NCBI GenBank assembly: GCA_965207885.1
Contig: OZ242311.1
Span: 3,904,001-3,968,000, forward strand
Length of the DNA stretch: 64,000 bases
Origin: Candidatus Latescibacterota bacterium
Lineage (GTDB): Bacteria > Latescibacterota > UBA2968
Reading direction: 5' to 3'
The notes under the pieces are model-generated. The model was given only the letters and a program-made list of their open reading frames with translations, ran no database searches and was not told the origin of the DNA. The position numbers and the translations under genes are program-made. Of the stretch, positions 40,899 through 49,842 are shown piece by piece. Every line of letters begins with the position of its first letter. Within the stretch, counting starts at the first letter, position 1.

Positions 40899-41951
40899 AT
40901 GGATAAACAAATTCCAAAGCGCGGGCTGTTGCAGCGCCTGAACGAAAGCGGTGTAATATGCGCCGAAGGGTATGTGTTTGAACTCGAACGCAGGGGATAT
41001 CTCCAGGCGGGAGCTTATGTGCCCGAAGTCGTCTTAGAACACCCCGAAGCAGTCGCCGCTTTACACCGCGAATTTTTGCGATCCGGCTCAGATGTTATAG
41101 AAGCCCTCACGTATTATGCCCACCGCGAAAAACTGCGTCTAATCGACAAAGAAGAACTGCTTGAACCCCTTCAAAAAAACGCCTTATCAATCGCCCACGA
41201 CATAGCGCGCGAAGCCGCTGGAGAGCCACCTCTGGTCGCGGGCAATATTTGCAACACAAATATCTGGCATCCCAATGACAAAGCATCCGACGCGCTTGTT
41301 CGCGGCATGTTCGAAGAACAAATTAACTGGGCAGCCGAGGCAAATGTCGATTTTATCATCGCCGAAACCTTCTCTTTTTTTTGCGAAGCGCGAATCGCTC
41401 TCAAAGCCATCAAAGAAACTGGCCTGCCAGCTGTCGTCACCCTCACCCCGCACAGAGAAGACGACCTCAGAGACGGGATTCCCCTCGAAGTCGCTGCCAA
41501 ACAATTAGAGCAAGATGGCGCGACCGTCGTCGGTATTAATTGCGCGCGGGGTCCCCAGACCATGATGCCCGCTGTCGTGCGCATCCGACAAGCTGTATCG
41601 TGCCATGTCGCGGCATTACCCGTCCCCTACCGCACCACCCCTGATCATCCCACCATGCAGTCTCTCCGCGACCCGCGCTTGCCCGAAGACCGCCCCTTTC
41701 CCACTGCGCTTGATCCCTTTACCTGCAATCGGTATGAAATGGCAGAATTTGCCAGAGAAGCATACAGCGCGGATATCCGCTACCTCGGCGTCTGCTGCGG
41801 TGGCGCGCCTCATCATGTTCGCGCTATTGCAGAAGCACTCGGACGCACGCCAGAAGCCAGTCGCTATTCGCCAGACATGTCCAGGCACTATGCCTTTGGC
41901 ACTCACAAAAGCCTGAAAAAATACAATCTGGACAATGCAAAAAATCTCTAA
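40899..41951 (+). CDS. Betaine-homocysteine S-methyltransferase-like protein
   Basis: EGYVFELERRGY, LHREF, GINC, GVCCG Zn ligands. Confidence 0.88.
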   Translation: MDKQIPKRGLLQRLNESGVICAEGYVFELERRGYLQAGAYVPEVVLEHPEAVAALHREFLRSGSDVIEALTYYAHREKLRLIDKEELLEPLQKNALSIAHDIAREAAGEPPLVAGNICNTNIWHPNDKASDALVRGMFEEQINWAAEANVDFIIAETFSFFCEARIALKAIKETGLPAVVTLTPHREDDLRDGIPLEVAAKQLEQDGATVVGINCARGPQTMMPAVVRIRQAVSCHVAALPVPYRTTPDHPTMQSLRDPRLPEDRPFPTALDPFTCNRYEMAEFAREAYSADIRYLGVCCGGAPHHVRAIAEALGRTPEASRYSPDMSRHYAFGTHKSLKKYNLDNAKNL

Positions 41952-41960
41952 TACAAGACC

Positions 41961-43133
41961 ATGAAAACAGATTACGAATACATCGTCCTCGGTTGTGGGG
42001 GCATCGGCAGTGCAACAGCGTATTGGCTCGCGCGCCGAAAAGGCAAAGACGTCCTGGGCATAGAACAATTTGAACACGGTCATCACCACGGCGGCTCCCA
42101 GGATCACTCGCGCATCATCCGCCTGACCTATTACTACCCCCAATACATCCGTCTGGCACCTGCCTCGTACACCGCCTGGCATACACTCGAAGAGGAATCC
42201 GGCGTCCAGATGGTCTTCAAAACGGGCAGCATCCAATTTTCACCCGTCGATCACCCTTACCGATATGAAATCGACAAATACACGGGCGCGATGGATGAAA
42301 CAGGTGTTCCCTACGATCGCGTTGACGCCGATGAAATCGCGAAACGCTTTCCGCAATTCCATCTAAAATACGAAGTCGATGGCATCTACCAGGCCGATAC
42401 CGGATTGGTAGATGCAAGTCGGGGAAATGCCAGCCATGTAGCCATGGCGCGTTATCGCGGTGCCACCATGCTGGACAACTGTGAAGCCACGCACATTCGC
42501 CCGACCAACACCGGTGTCACAATCGAAACCAAACAGGGCAACTTCTCATGCCGCAAACTCATCGTCACAGCCGGTGCCTGGACAGATCGCCTGCTCGCCA
42601 GCGTGAACATCAATCTTTCTCTCACCGTAACCCAGGAACAAGTCACATACTACGCCACGCCAAACCTGCCGGACTTTGCCATTGGGAAATTCCCCATATT
42701 CATCTCTCATGCCGACGAATCCATCTACGGATTCCCCATCTATGGCGAAGTCGCCACCAAAGTCGGCATTGACGCATCCGGTCCAGCAGTGACAACCGAT
42801 ACGCGCACCTATGACCCCGATGCCGAACGCGAACGTTACCAGGAAGCCTGGCTCAAAGAAAACATCCCCGGATTCCTCGGCCCAAAGCTCTATACCAAAA
42901 CCTGTCTTTACACAATGCCCAAAGATCGCCACTTCGTAATCGATACACTCCCCGAGCATCCACAGATCATCGTCTGCGTAGGCGCTGGACACGCGTACAA
43001 ATTCTCTGGCATCCTGGGCAAAATCCTCAGCGAACTCGCCATTGATGGGCACACAGATTATCCGATAGAACCTTTTGCACTACAACGCGACGCCATCACC
43101 GATCCCAATTTTAAACCCGTCTTCCGAATGTGA
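41961..43133 (+). CDS. solA: Monomeric sarcosine / N-methyltryptophan oxidase
   Basis: GCGGIG, GSQDHSRIIR, CLYT flavinylation Cys, GHAYKF. Confidence 0.85.
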   Translation: MKTDYEYIVLGCGGIGSATAYWLARRKGKDVLGIEQFEHGHHHGGSQDHSRIIRLTYYYPQYIRLAPASYTAWHTLEEESGVQMVFKTGSIQFSPVDHPYRYEIDKYTGAMDETGVPYDRVDADEIAKRFPQFHLKYEVDGIYQADTGLVDASRGNASHVAMARYRGATMLDNCEATHIRPTNTGVTIETKQGNFSCRKLIVTAGAWTDRLLASVNINLSLTVTQEQVTYYATPNLPDFAIGKFPIFISHADESIYGFPIYGEVATKVGIDASGPAVTTDTRTYDPDAERERYQEAWLKENIPGFLGPKLYTKTCLYTMPKDRHFVIDTLPEHPQIIVCVGAGHAYKFSGILGKILSELAIDGHTDYPIEPFALQRDAITDPNFKPVFRM

Positions 43134-43134
43134 T

Positions 43135-43866
43135 ATGCCTGCCGATATTCTGCGTCTAAACATGTGGAGCGGTCCTCGCAATGTCTCAACCGCCCTCATG
43201 TACTCATTTGCACAGCGGTCAGACACCCGCGTGATTGACGAACCCCTCTACGGTCACTATATACGCGTATCTGATGCCAAACACCCGGGCGCAAACGAAG
43301 TCATGGCCGCCATGGAATGCAATGGCGAAAAAGTCATTCGCAATATCATACTCGGTCCCTGTGATCGCCCCGTGCTCTTTATGAAACAGATGGCTCATCA
43401 CCTCGTCGAAATCAGCCGCGACTTTTTCGTACACACCCACAATGTCCTGCTCACGCGCGACCCCGTTGACATGCTCCCCTCGCTCGTCAACCAGCTCAAA
43501 AACCCTACCCTGCGCGACACGGGCTACAAAATGCAAGCCCAGCTACTGAGCGAATTTCACGCCATAGATCAAAAATACCCCGTACTCGATTCTCGAGAAC
43601 TCCTCAAAAATCCACGGCATGTCCTCACAAAACTCTGCGACGCCCTGAACATACCCTTTGACCCCGCAATGCTCACGTGGAAAGCCGGACCTCAACCCGA
43701 AGACGGAATATGGGCGCAACACTGGTACCACAACGTCCACAAATCCACCGGATTTCAGCCTTATCGCCCCAAAACCGAACCCTTTCCCCATCATCTGCGA
43801 CCACTCCTCAAAGAATGCCAACCCTATTACGACCAGCTTTATGCCCATGCCATCAAAGCTGAGTAA
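43135..43866 (+). CDS. Sulfotransferase-like P-loop protein
   Basis: WSGPRNVSTALMYSF, DEPLY, WY..V..STGF. Confidence 0.8.
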   Translation: MPADILRLNMWSGPRNVSTALMYSFAQRSDTRVIDEPLYGHYIRVSDAKHPGANEVMAAMECNGEKVIRNIILGPCDRPVLFMKQMAHHLVEISRDFFVHTHNVLLTRDPVDMLPSLVNQLKNPTLRDTGYKMQAQLLSEFHAIDQKYPVLDSRELLKNPRHVLTKLCDALNIPFDPAMLTWKAGPQPEDGIWAQHWYHNVHKSTGFQPYRPKTEPFPHHLRPLLKECQPYYDQLYAHAIKAE

Positions 43867-43877
43867 ACGGAGTCCCC

Positions 43878-44783
43878 GTGTCTATCCAATTACCCGACCC
43901 GCGAAACGAAAACATCCTCATCCACATCGGCGGTGAACTGCTCCCGCGCGAAGACGCCAAAATATCCGTTTTTGATAGCTCGGTCCAGGGTGGCGATGCC
44001 GTGTGGGAGGGCCTGCGCGTGTACAACGGCAAAATCTTCCAACTCGACGCGCACCTCGACCGCCTCTTCGACTCTGCCAAAGCCATGGCTTTTGCGGATA
44101 TCCCCTCTCGCGAAGCGATCAAAACCGCCATCTTTGAAACCCTCAAAGCCAATAACATGCGCGATGAAGTACATATCCGGCTCACGCTCACGCGGGGGGA
44201 AAAAACCTCATCGGGCATGAGTCCGCACTTTAATCAATACGGCTCCTGCCTCATTGTGCTACCAGAATGGAAACCCCCTGTTTATTCCTCTGACGGCATC
44301 CGCCTGATCACCGCCTCTGTTCGCCGCAATCCGCCCATGTGCATCGACTCCAAAATCCATCACAACAATTTGATCAACAACATCCTCGCCAAAATCGAAG
44401 CCAATGTCGCAGGCGTTAATGACGCGATCATGCTCGACATCTTCGGCTATGTATCCGAAACCAATGCCACCAATATCTTCATCATAAAAAAAGGGGCGCT
44501 TATCACGCCCCACGCGGATTCCTGCTTGCCCGGCATTACAAGAGGTGTCGTAATTGACCTCGCACGCGACCTGGGCATCGCAGTTACAGAACGCAACCTA
44601 TCGCTTACCGAAGTCTATACAGCAGATGAAGGCTTCACCACGGGCACCATGGGCGAACTCTCACCCATCCTCGAAGTAGATGGCCGCACCATCGGCAACG
44701 GCGAACCCGGCCCCATCACCAATCACCTGCGCGAACAATACGCCCAACACACCGCCAAATACGGTGACCCCATTCCCTTATAG
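43878..44783 (+). CDS. Class IV (branched-chain/D-amino acid-type) aminotransferase
   Basis: GDAVWEGLR, ETNATNIF, LPGITR, ADE..TGT. Confidence 0.9.
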   Translation: MSIQLPDPRNENILIHIGGELLPREDAKISVFDSSVQGGDAVWEGLRVYNGKIFQLDAHLDRLFDSAKAMAFADIPSREAIKTAIFETLKANNMRDEVHIRLTLTRGEKTSSGMSPHFNQYGSCLIVLPEWKPPVYSSDGIRLITASVRRNPPMCIDSKIHHNNLINNILAKIEANVAGVNDAIMLDIFGYVSETNATNIFIIKKGALITPHADSCLPGITRGVVIDLARDLGIAVTERNLSLTEVYTADEGFTTGTMGELSPILEVDGRTIGNGEPGPITNHLREQYAQHTAKYGDPIPL

Positions 44784-44811
44784 GCTTGAGACCAGGCCGG
44801 ATAAAAAATAC

Positions 44812-44840
44812 AAAGGCCAACGTGCAAACATCGGCCTTTT
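44812..44840. terminator. Terminator hairpin between convergent genes
   Basis: AAAGGCC...GGCCTTTT. Confidence 0.55.
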
Positions 44841-44881
44841 GTGATTTGAGCTATTGGTATTGTTAATTAGATCAAACATCT

Positions 44882-45460
44882 TCAAATCTCCCAGTTCGAG
44901 GTATAAGACCGGTCCTGGAATCGCTCTGCAAGTTCAATCAGCACATCCAGTGATTTATTCAATCTCGCCTTCCTCTTGTCGTCGAGTTCATTTTCCTCAA
45001 CCCAATTGGCATCGTGAACATACACGTTATACGGGCTGGTAATACACTTGAAATCCAGCATAAGGGACGTTGCCAGCGAGGTGAACGCCATATAGCTGTG
45101 CGGCAATCCACCCGCATTGACAAACATGACGATCTTATCGTAGAAAGCTCCTCTGAGGGACCCGCCTGGCGGCGTAGAGCCTATATACTCGACAAATTTC
45201 TTGAGTTCCGAGCAACACGCCCAATTGTACACTGGGCTGGCCAATATCACAGCATCTGCGGCTGCGATGACTCTGTGGCACGATAGGTAAACCTCTGAGG
45301 AATAGATCTCATCGTCGTCGAAATTTGGTGGGTCAAGTTGCCGGAGATCGATAAAGTCAACAGAAATGCCCTTGCCCTCCAGAGCGGTTTGGCACAGGGT
45401 AGCGAGCATCCTACTGCGACTATCGGTATTGAGACTACTGCTGACGACTGAAATTCTCAT
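44882..45460 (-). CDS. NADPH-dependent FMN reductase family protein
   Basis: SSSLNTDSRS, ADAVILASPVYNW. Confidence 0.85.
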   Translation of the reverse strand: MRISVVSSSLNTDSRSRMLATLCQTALEGKGISVDFIDLRQLDPPNFDDDEIYSSEVYLSCHRVIAAADAVILASPVYNWACCSELKKFVEYIGSTPPGGSLRGAFYDKIVMFVNAGGLPHSYMAFTSLATSLMLDFKCITSPYNVYVHDANWVEENELDDKRKARLNKSLDVLIELAERFQDRSYTSNWEI

Positions 45461-45498
45461 CTTACTACCTCTCGACGGATCGCAACGCTCGCTGTGTC

Positions 45499-45861
45499 CT
45501 ACTTATAGACCAAGCGATCAGAAGTACGATCTTGATCTATCTGTACATGTAGCCTTCCCTGCCGATGAGATACCGGTTCCCGAATAACGATTTCTACGTC
45601 ACGCCCAAGTGCTGTCAACAGACGCAAGAGACGCTCCATGGAATACTCACGAAAGTCCCCTCTTAGGAGACGCGAAACATCAGGTTGGGACAGACCGAGC
45701 AATTTCGCTGCCTCGACCTGCTTGAGTCCTCGCTGACGAATGATCTTGTCAATGCGAGTGACGAGTTGTGCCTTTAACAAGTGAGTCTCAGCATCAGGTC
45801 GCCCCAGGTCGGCGAACACGTTACCACTTCCACGTTCGATATTGATCTCTTTTGTCTTCAT
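45499..45861 (-). CDS. XRE/HTH_37 antitoxin (HigA-like)
   Basis: SGNVFADLG, LKQVEAAKLLGLSQPDVSRL. Confidence 0.9.
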   Translation of the reverse strand: MKTKEINIERGSGNVFADLGRPDAETHLLKAQLVTRIDKIIRQRGLKQVEAAKLLGLSQPDVSRLLRGDFREYSMERLLRLLTALGRDVEIVIREPVSHRQGRLHVQIDQDRTSDRLVYK

Positions 45862-45865
45862 TGCT

Positions 45866-46234
45866 CTACCCTTCGCTATAGAAGTCCTTGTAGTGTTGTT
45901 CCGCTGTCCTTAGCCTGCGTTTGATCAGATCAATCTCCTGTTTTGGTGTCTCAATACCTCGCCTCGCTTTCTTCTGGAAGGCATGCAAGACATAGACCGC
46001 CAACTTGAATCGGACTGTATAAACTGCCCGGTAGGTATCGCCGTCGTGACGGGAAACGACCTCTAAAACACGGGGCCCCACCCCCTTGAGCGGTTTGGCA
46101 TCGCGGTGTCTAAGTCCGATCTGGGCCTGATACAGGGCAAAACCGACCCGATCCTGCACGGCAGCCGGAAACTTCTTTAAGTCCCCTTTACTCGATCCGA
46201 CCCATTCGACGGGCTTAAGCATCTCACTGGTCAT
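45866..46234 (-). CDS. RelE/Gp49-family toxin (HigB-like)
   Basis: WVGSSKGDL, GDTYRAVY, VLHAFQKK; toxin-first order. Confidence 0.9.
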   Translation of the reverse strand: MTSEMLKPVEWVGSSKGDLKKFPAAVQDRVGFALYQAQIGLRHRDAKPLKGVGPRVLEVVSRHDGDTYRAVYTVRFKLAVYVLHAFQKKARRGIETPKQEIDLIKRRLRTAEQHYKDFYSEG

Positions 46235-46240
46235 ATCTAA

Positions 46241-46269
46241 ATTATAGTGGTTTCACCATATTTACACAA
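46241..46269 (-). promoter_or_regulatory. TA promoter, probably giving a leaderless mRNA
   Basis: TTGTGT-17 nt-TATAAT ending 6 nt before the toxin ATG. Confidence 0.5.
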
Positions 46270-46312
46270 GCACCTTTTTGTAAACGTCGGCTTTTGTGAT
46301 ACCTTTTTTCCC

Positions 46313-47134
46313 TCAACCATGAAAAACTTGTACCAGATCGGACGCTTTTCCCGACACAGTCGCAGGATTGAGCGCACCCTCTCCAAAGAGACGAGGAAAA
46401 GTCAGACCAGTCTTCAAAGAACGCGTTCGCGCATCCATGTAAGTCGCGCTAAAAGCCCGCCGGGGCGACGGCGTCGAATTGAGAGCCGAGCGGTGGAGCA
46501 AAAAATTGTGTAGCAAAACAGCCTCCCCGGCTTCGGTCTCCAGATCGATCACATCCTCGGGTTGGGCGTACTTCGCCTGATCCTCATCAGAGGTATAGTG
46601 CCGCTCGTTGAGAATACCCAGATTATTGCTACCCGGCACAATCTGCATACAGCCACTGGCAACAGTGGCCGCATCCAACCCCGTCCACACCGTGATAATC
46701 GGATTGGTATCAATCCCCCAACCCACGCCGATATCCTGATGCCAGGGCAAAATCGTGCCGCTCTCAGCGGGTTTATTCATAAACATAGAGCGAAAAACCG
46801 AAACATTTTCGCCGATATAGCGACGGGTAATCTGGCGGATAAGGGGATGCTGCATATAGGTGAGAAAAAGCGGATCTTGTTCCAGATCATCGATACGCCG
46901 ATAATGGAGCGTCTGCTCCTGATTCCCCAGGGTGCGATCCATCCTAACATCCGGCGTTTTGGGATTGAGCTGAAAGCGCATATTCTCGTAGCGGACGCGC
47001 CCCAGCATAATATCGTCAATGCGCTGCTGCAGTACAGCCAGTTCCCCAGGCGACAGGAGATGCCCCAGGCGCAGATATCCCTCAGCCATAAATTGTTCGT
47101 GGTGCGAGTCTTCAAACGAAGTGAGAGGATTCAC
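46313..47134 (-). CDS. PhyH-family dioxygenase
   Basis: FMAEGY, WHQD, GCMQIVPGS, LLHRS. Confidence 0.88.
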   Translation of the reverse strand: MNPLTSFEDSHHEQFMAEGYLRLGHLLSPGELAVLQQRIDDIMLGRVRYENMRFQLNPKTPDVRMDRTLGNQEQTLHYRRIDDLEQDPLFLTYMQHPLIRQITRRYIGENVSVFRSMFMNKPAESGTILPWHQDIGVGWGIDTNPIITVWTGLDAATVASGCMQIVPGSNNLGILNERHYTSDEDQAKYAQPEDVIDLETEAGEAVLLHNFLLHRSALNSTPSPRRAFSATYMDARTRSLKTGLTFPRLFGEGALNPATVSGKASDLVQVFHG

Positions 47135-47247
47135 AGTGTGACCTCCTGGAAAATTGGACAGCTTGCGTGATTAGATTGACTTCCAAACTATCACCGGGCC
47201 TCGCCAGAAGCAACTGAAAAACGCCCAGTCCCGCGAAACTGCCCTGC

Positions 47248-47276
47248 TTGACAGAGCACAATTCTCTATATATGAT
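47248..47276 (+). promoter_or_regulatory. Sigma70-type promoter
   Basis: TTGACA-17 nt-TATGAT. Confidence 0.65.
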
Positions 47277-47319
47277 GCCTGATACTGCAAATCGCCAAAC
47301 ATCAGAAAGGTAGAAAGCC

Positions 47320-48699
47320 ATGAGCAATGTGCGAGATTTCGGAGCCAGAGGGGACGGCATCACCGACGATACGAAAGCAATTGAAGACGCGCTGGCAAAA
47401 GGAGATGGAACGCTGCAATTTCCAAAAGGCGACTATCTCATTACGCATCCTATCAACGTGAAATTGGGCGACAGCGGGCGGATGAGCATAGATGGATCGG
47501 GAGGCGCGGCAAAAATCCTCATGGGAGGTGCAGGACCCGCATTTCACATCACGGGTACACACAGACGCTCGGCCGACCCCAAAACCTTTGAGCCTCACGT
47601 CTGGACCCATGAAAGAATGCCCACAATATCAAACCTGGAGATCGAAGGCAAACACCTCCAAGCAGATGGATTCCTGCTAACAGGCACCATGCAGGCGACC
47701 TTTGAAGGCGTACTCTTGCGAAAGCTAAACCACGCCATCCACATACGCGACCGCGCCCGAAATGTCCTTATCTCCCACTGTCATCTACACGACAATCGCG
47801 GCGCAGGCATCTTCTTCGACCATGTAGATCTGCATCAAATCATCGTAACTGGTTCTCATATAAGCTATTGTAAACGCGGAGGCATCAAAATCATCGGCTC
47901 ACAAATCCGCAACCTGCAGATCACCGGCAACGACATCGAATACAACTTCGACAAAGAAGCGGACCGATCCGCAGATATCTGGATCGACACCAGCGACGGA
48001 TCTGCCACCGTCCGCGAAGGCACCATATCGGGCAATACCATCCAGGCACTACCTTCGCCTGGAGGCGTGAATATATTGATGATCGGTCACTCTCCCCAGG
48101 CGAATAACAAGGTGGGCCTGTTCACCATTGTGGGAAATTTGATCGGCACACAAGAAAATAACATCCACCTCATCGCGGCCAGAGGCGTCACCATCTCGGG
48201 AAACGCGATCTACAATGGATTCAACCGAAATCTCCTGGTAGAACACGCGCAAAATATCGTGGTTGGCGGCAACAGCTTTGACCACAATCCCGATTATGGT
48301 CCCTCGCGTCGTACTGGCATTCAATTTATAAACAGCACAGATTGTATCCTGAACGGAACAACGCTTCACGAGTTCCAAAGCGGACAAGATGAAAACGCGG
48401 ATGATCGCCAGGGCCTTTTGGAAATCATCCGTTGCGCCCGATTCACCGTAAACGGCTGTCAGATACTGGACGGCTATCCCAACGCGATATACGTATCCGA
48501 CTCCGACGACATCAGCATCACCGGATGTACCCTGCTGGAGAGGAGAAAACAAAAAGAAACCGTTTCAACAGTTCGCTGGAACGGCATAGGCAGTGGCAAT
48601 TTGTTGAGCAACAACCGAATCGGAAACGGAACAGCAGGAGCATTATCCATAGACAAAGCCGCTGACGTTCAAATCAACCATAATCGAATGGATAACTGA
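47320..48699 (+). CDS. Right-handed parallel beta-helix (pectin lyase-like) protein
   Basis: NVRDFGARGDGITDDT N-terminus; repeated ITGN/ISGN. Confidence 0.85.
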   Translation: MSNVRDFGARGDGITDDTKAIEDALAKGDGTLQFPKGDYLITHPINVKLGDSGRMSIDGSGGAAKILMGGAGPAFHITGTHRRSADPKTFEPHVWTHERMPTISNLEIEGKHLQADGFLLTGTMQATFEGVLLRKLNHAIHIRDRARNVLISHCHLHDNRGAGIFFDHVDLHQIIVTGSHISYCKRGGIKIIGSQIRNLQITGNDIEYNFDKEADRSADIWIDTSDGSATVREGTISGNTIQALPSPGGVNILMIGHSPQANNKVGLFTIVGNLIGTQENNIHLIAARGVTISGNAIYNGFNRNLLVEHAQNIVVGGNSFDHNPDYGPSRRTGIQFINSTDCILNGTTLHEFQSGQDENADDRQGLLEIIRCARFTVNGCQILDGYPNAIYVSDSDDISITGCTLLERRKQKETVSTVRWNGIGSGNLLSNNRIGNGTAGALSIDKAADVQINHNRMDN

Positions 48700-48709
48700 G
48701 GAGGTAAAT

Positions 48710-49825
48710 TTGTCTTTAAAACCCGACCACTCAAAAGTCCCTGGCGTCGTGATTGATCACAGCCCCGCCAGTACAAAACAATACCTGGGCAGCCCGAGCA
48801 TCGTCATCATGCCCAACGGCGATTATATCGCATCCTATGATCTTTTTGGACCGGGCACAAATTACGACCGCATGGCCGTATTTCGTTCGCGCGACAAAGG
48901 CGAAACCTGGACTCAAATAGTCGAACAGGTTGGCCAGTGGTGGTCCAATCTTTTTTTGCACAAAGGCGACCTCTATCTACTCGGCACAAGCCGCGAATAT
49001 GGCTATGCCGTAATTCGGCGATCTACGGACGGGGGTGAAACATGGACAGTACCAAAAGACAAACACACCGGACAAATCACTACCGAGAATCGCTATCACT
49101 GTGCCCCAATGCCCGTCGTCGCTCACAATGGATATCTCTGGCGCGCATTTGAATTGGCACATGGCCCGCGAGAAGAGTGGAAAGCGCTGGTTCTCTCCAT
49201 ACCCGAAGATGTAGATCTGCTCCAGGCTAAAAATTGGCGATTTAGCGAAGCGTATCAACACCTCTGGTCAAGTTCACAGTGGATTGAAGGCAATATCGTG
49301 ATCACGCCAGATAACAAACTGGTAAACATCTTGCGTTCAAATTTGCGCAATGTCTCGCCCGAAGAGATACAGGCAGAAAGCGATAAAGCGGCTGTTTTGC
49401 ACATCTCAGAAGATGGCAAAACATTGACACACGACCGGGACAGAGACCTGATCGACTTTCCGGGTGGCGGTGTAAAATTCACAATTCGATTTGACGATCA
49501 AACACAGGGCTATTGGTCGTTGGGATGCAAACAAACCAATCCGCCAGCATACCGAAATACACTGGTCTTGACATCGTCTGCAAATTTGCAAACCTGGCGA
49601 ATCGAATCCGTGATCCTACACCATCCCGATCTAGAGAAACACGCATTTCAATACGTTGACTGGCAATTTGAAGAAAACGATATAATCGTGGCATCGCGCA
49701 CAGCTTATGACGATGGCCTGGGCGGCGCGCACAACGCGCATGATGCGAACTATTTGACATTTCACAGAATTGAAAATTTCAGAGATCGAACAATAGACGA
49801 CCCGCCCTTAAATGAGAAAGAGTAG
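48710..49825 (+). CDS. BNR/Asp-box sialidase-like beta-propeller
   Basis: SRDKGETW, STDGGETW, SEDGKT Asp-boxes. Confidence 0.8.
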   Translation: MSLKPDHSKVPGVVIDHSPASTKQYLGSPSIVIMPNGDYIASYDLFGPGTNYDRMAVFRSRDKGETWTQIVEQVGQWWSNLFLHKGDLYLLGTSREYGYAVIRRSTDGGETWTVPKDKHTGQITTENRYHCAPMPVVAHNGYLWRAFELAHGPREEWKALVLSIPEDVDLLQAKNWRFSEAYQHLWSSSQWIEGNIVITPDNKLVNILRSNLRNVSPEEIQAESDKAAVLHISEDGKTLTHDRDRDLIDFPGGGVKFTIRFDDQTQGYWSLGCKQTNPPAYRNTLVLTSSANLQTWRIESVILHHPDLEKHAFQYVDWQFEENDIIVASRTAYDDGLGGAHNAHDANYLTFHRIENFRDRTIDDPPLNEKE

Positions 49826-49842
49826 CTCTCGGAGAGGATATA

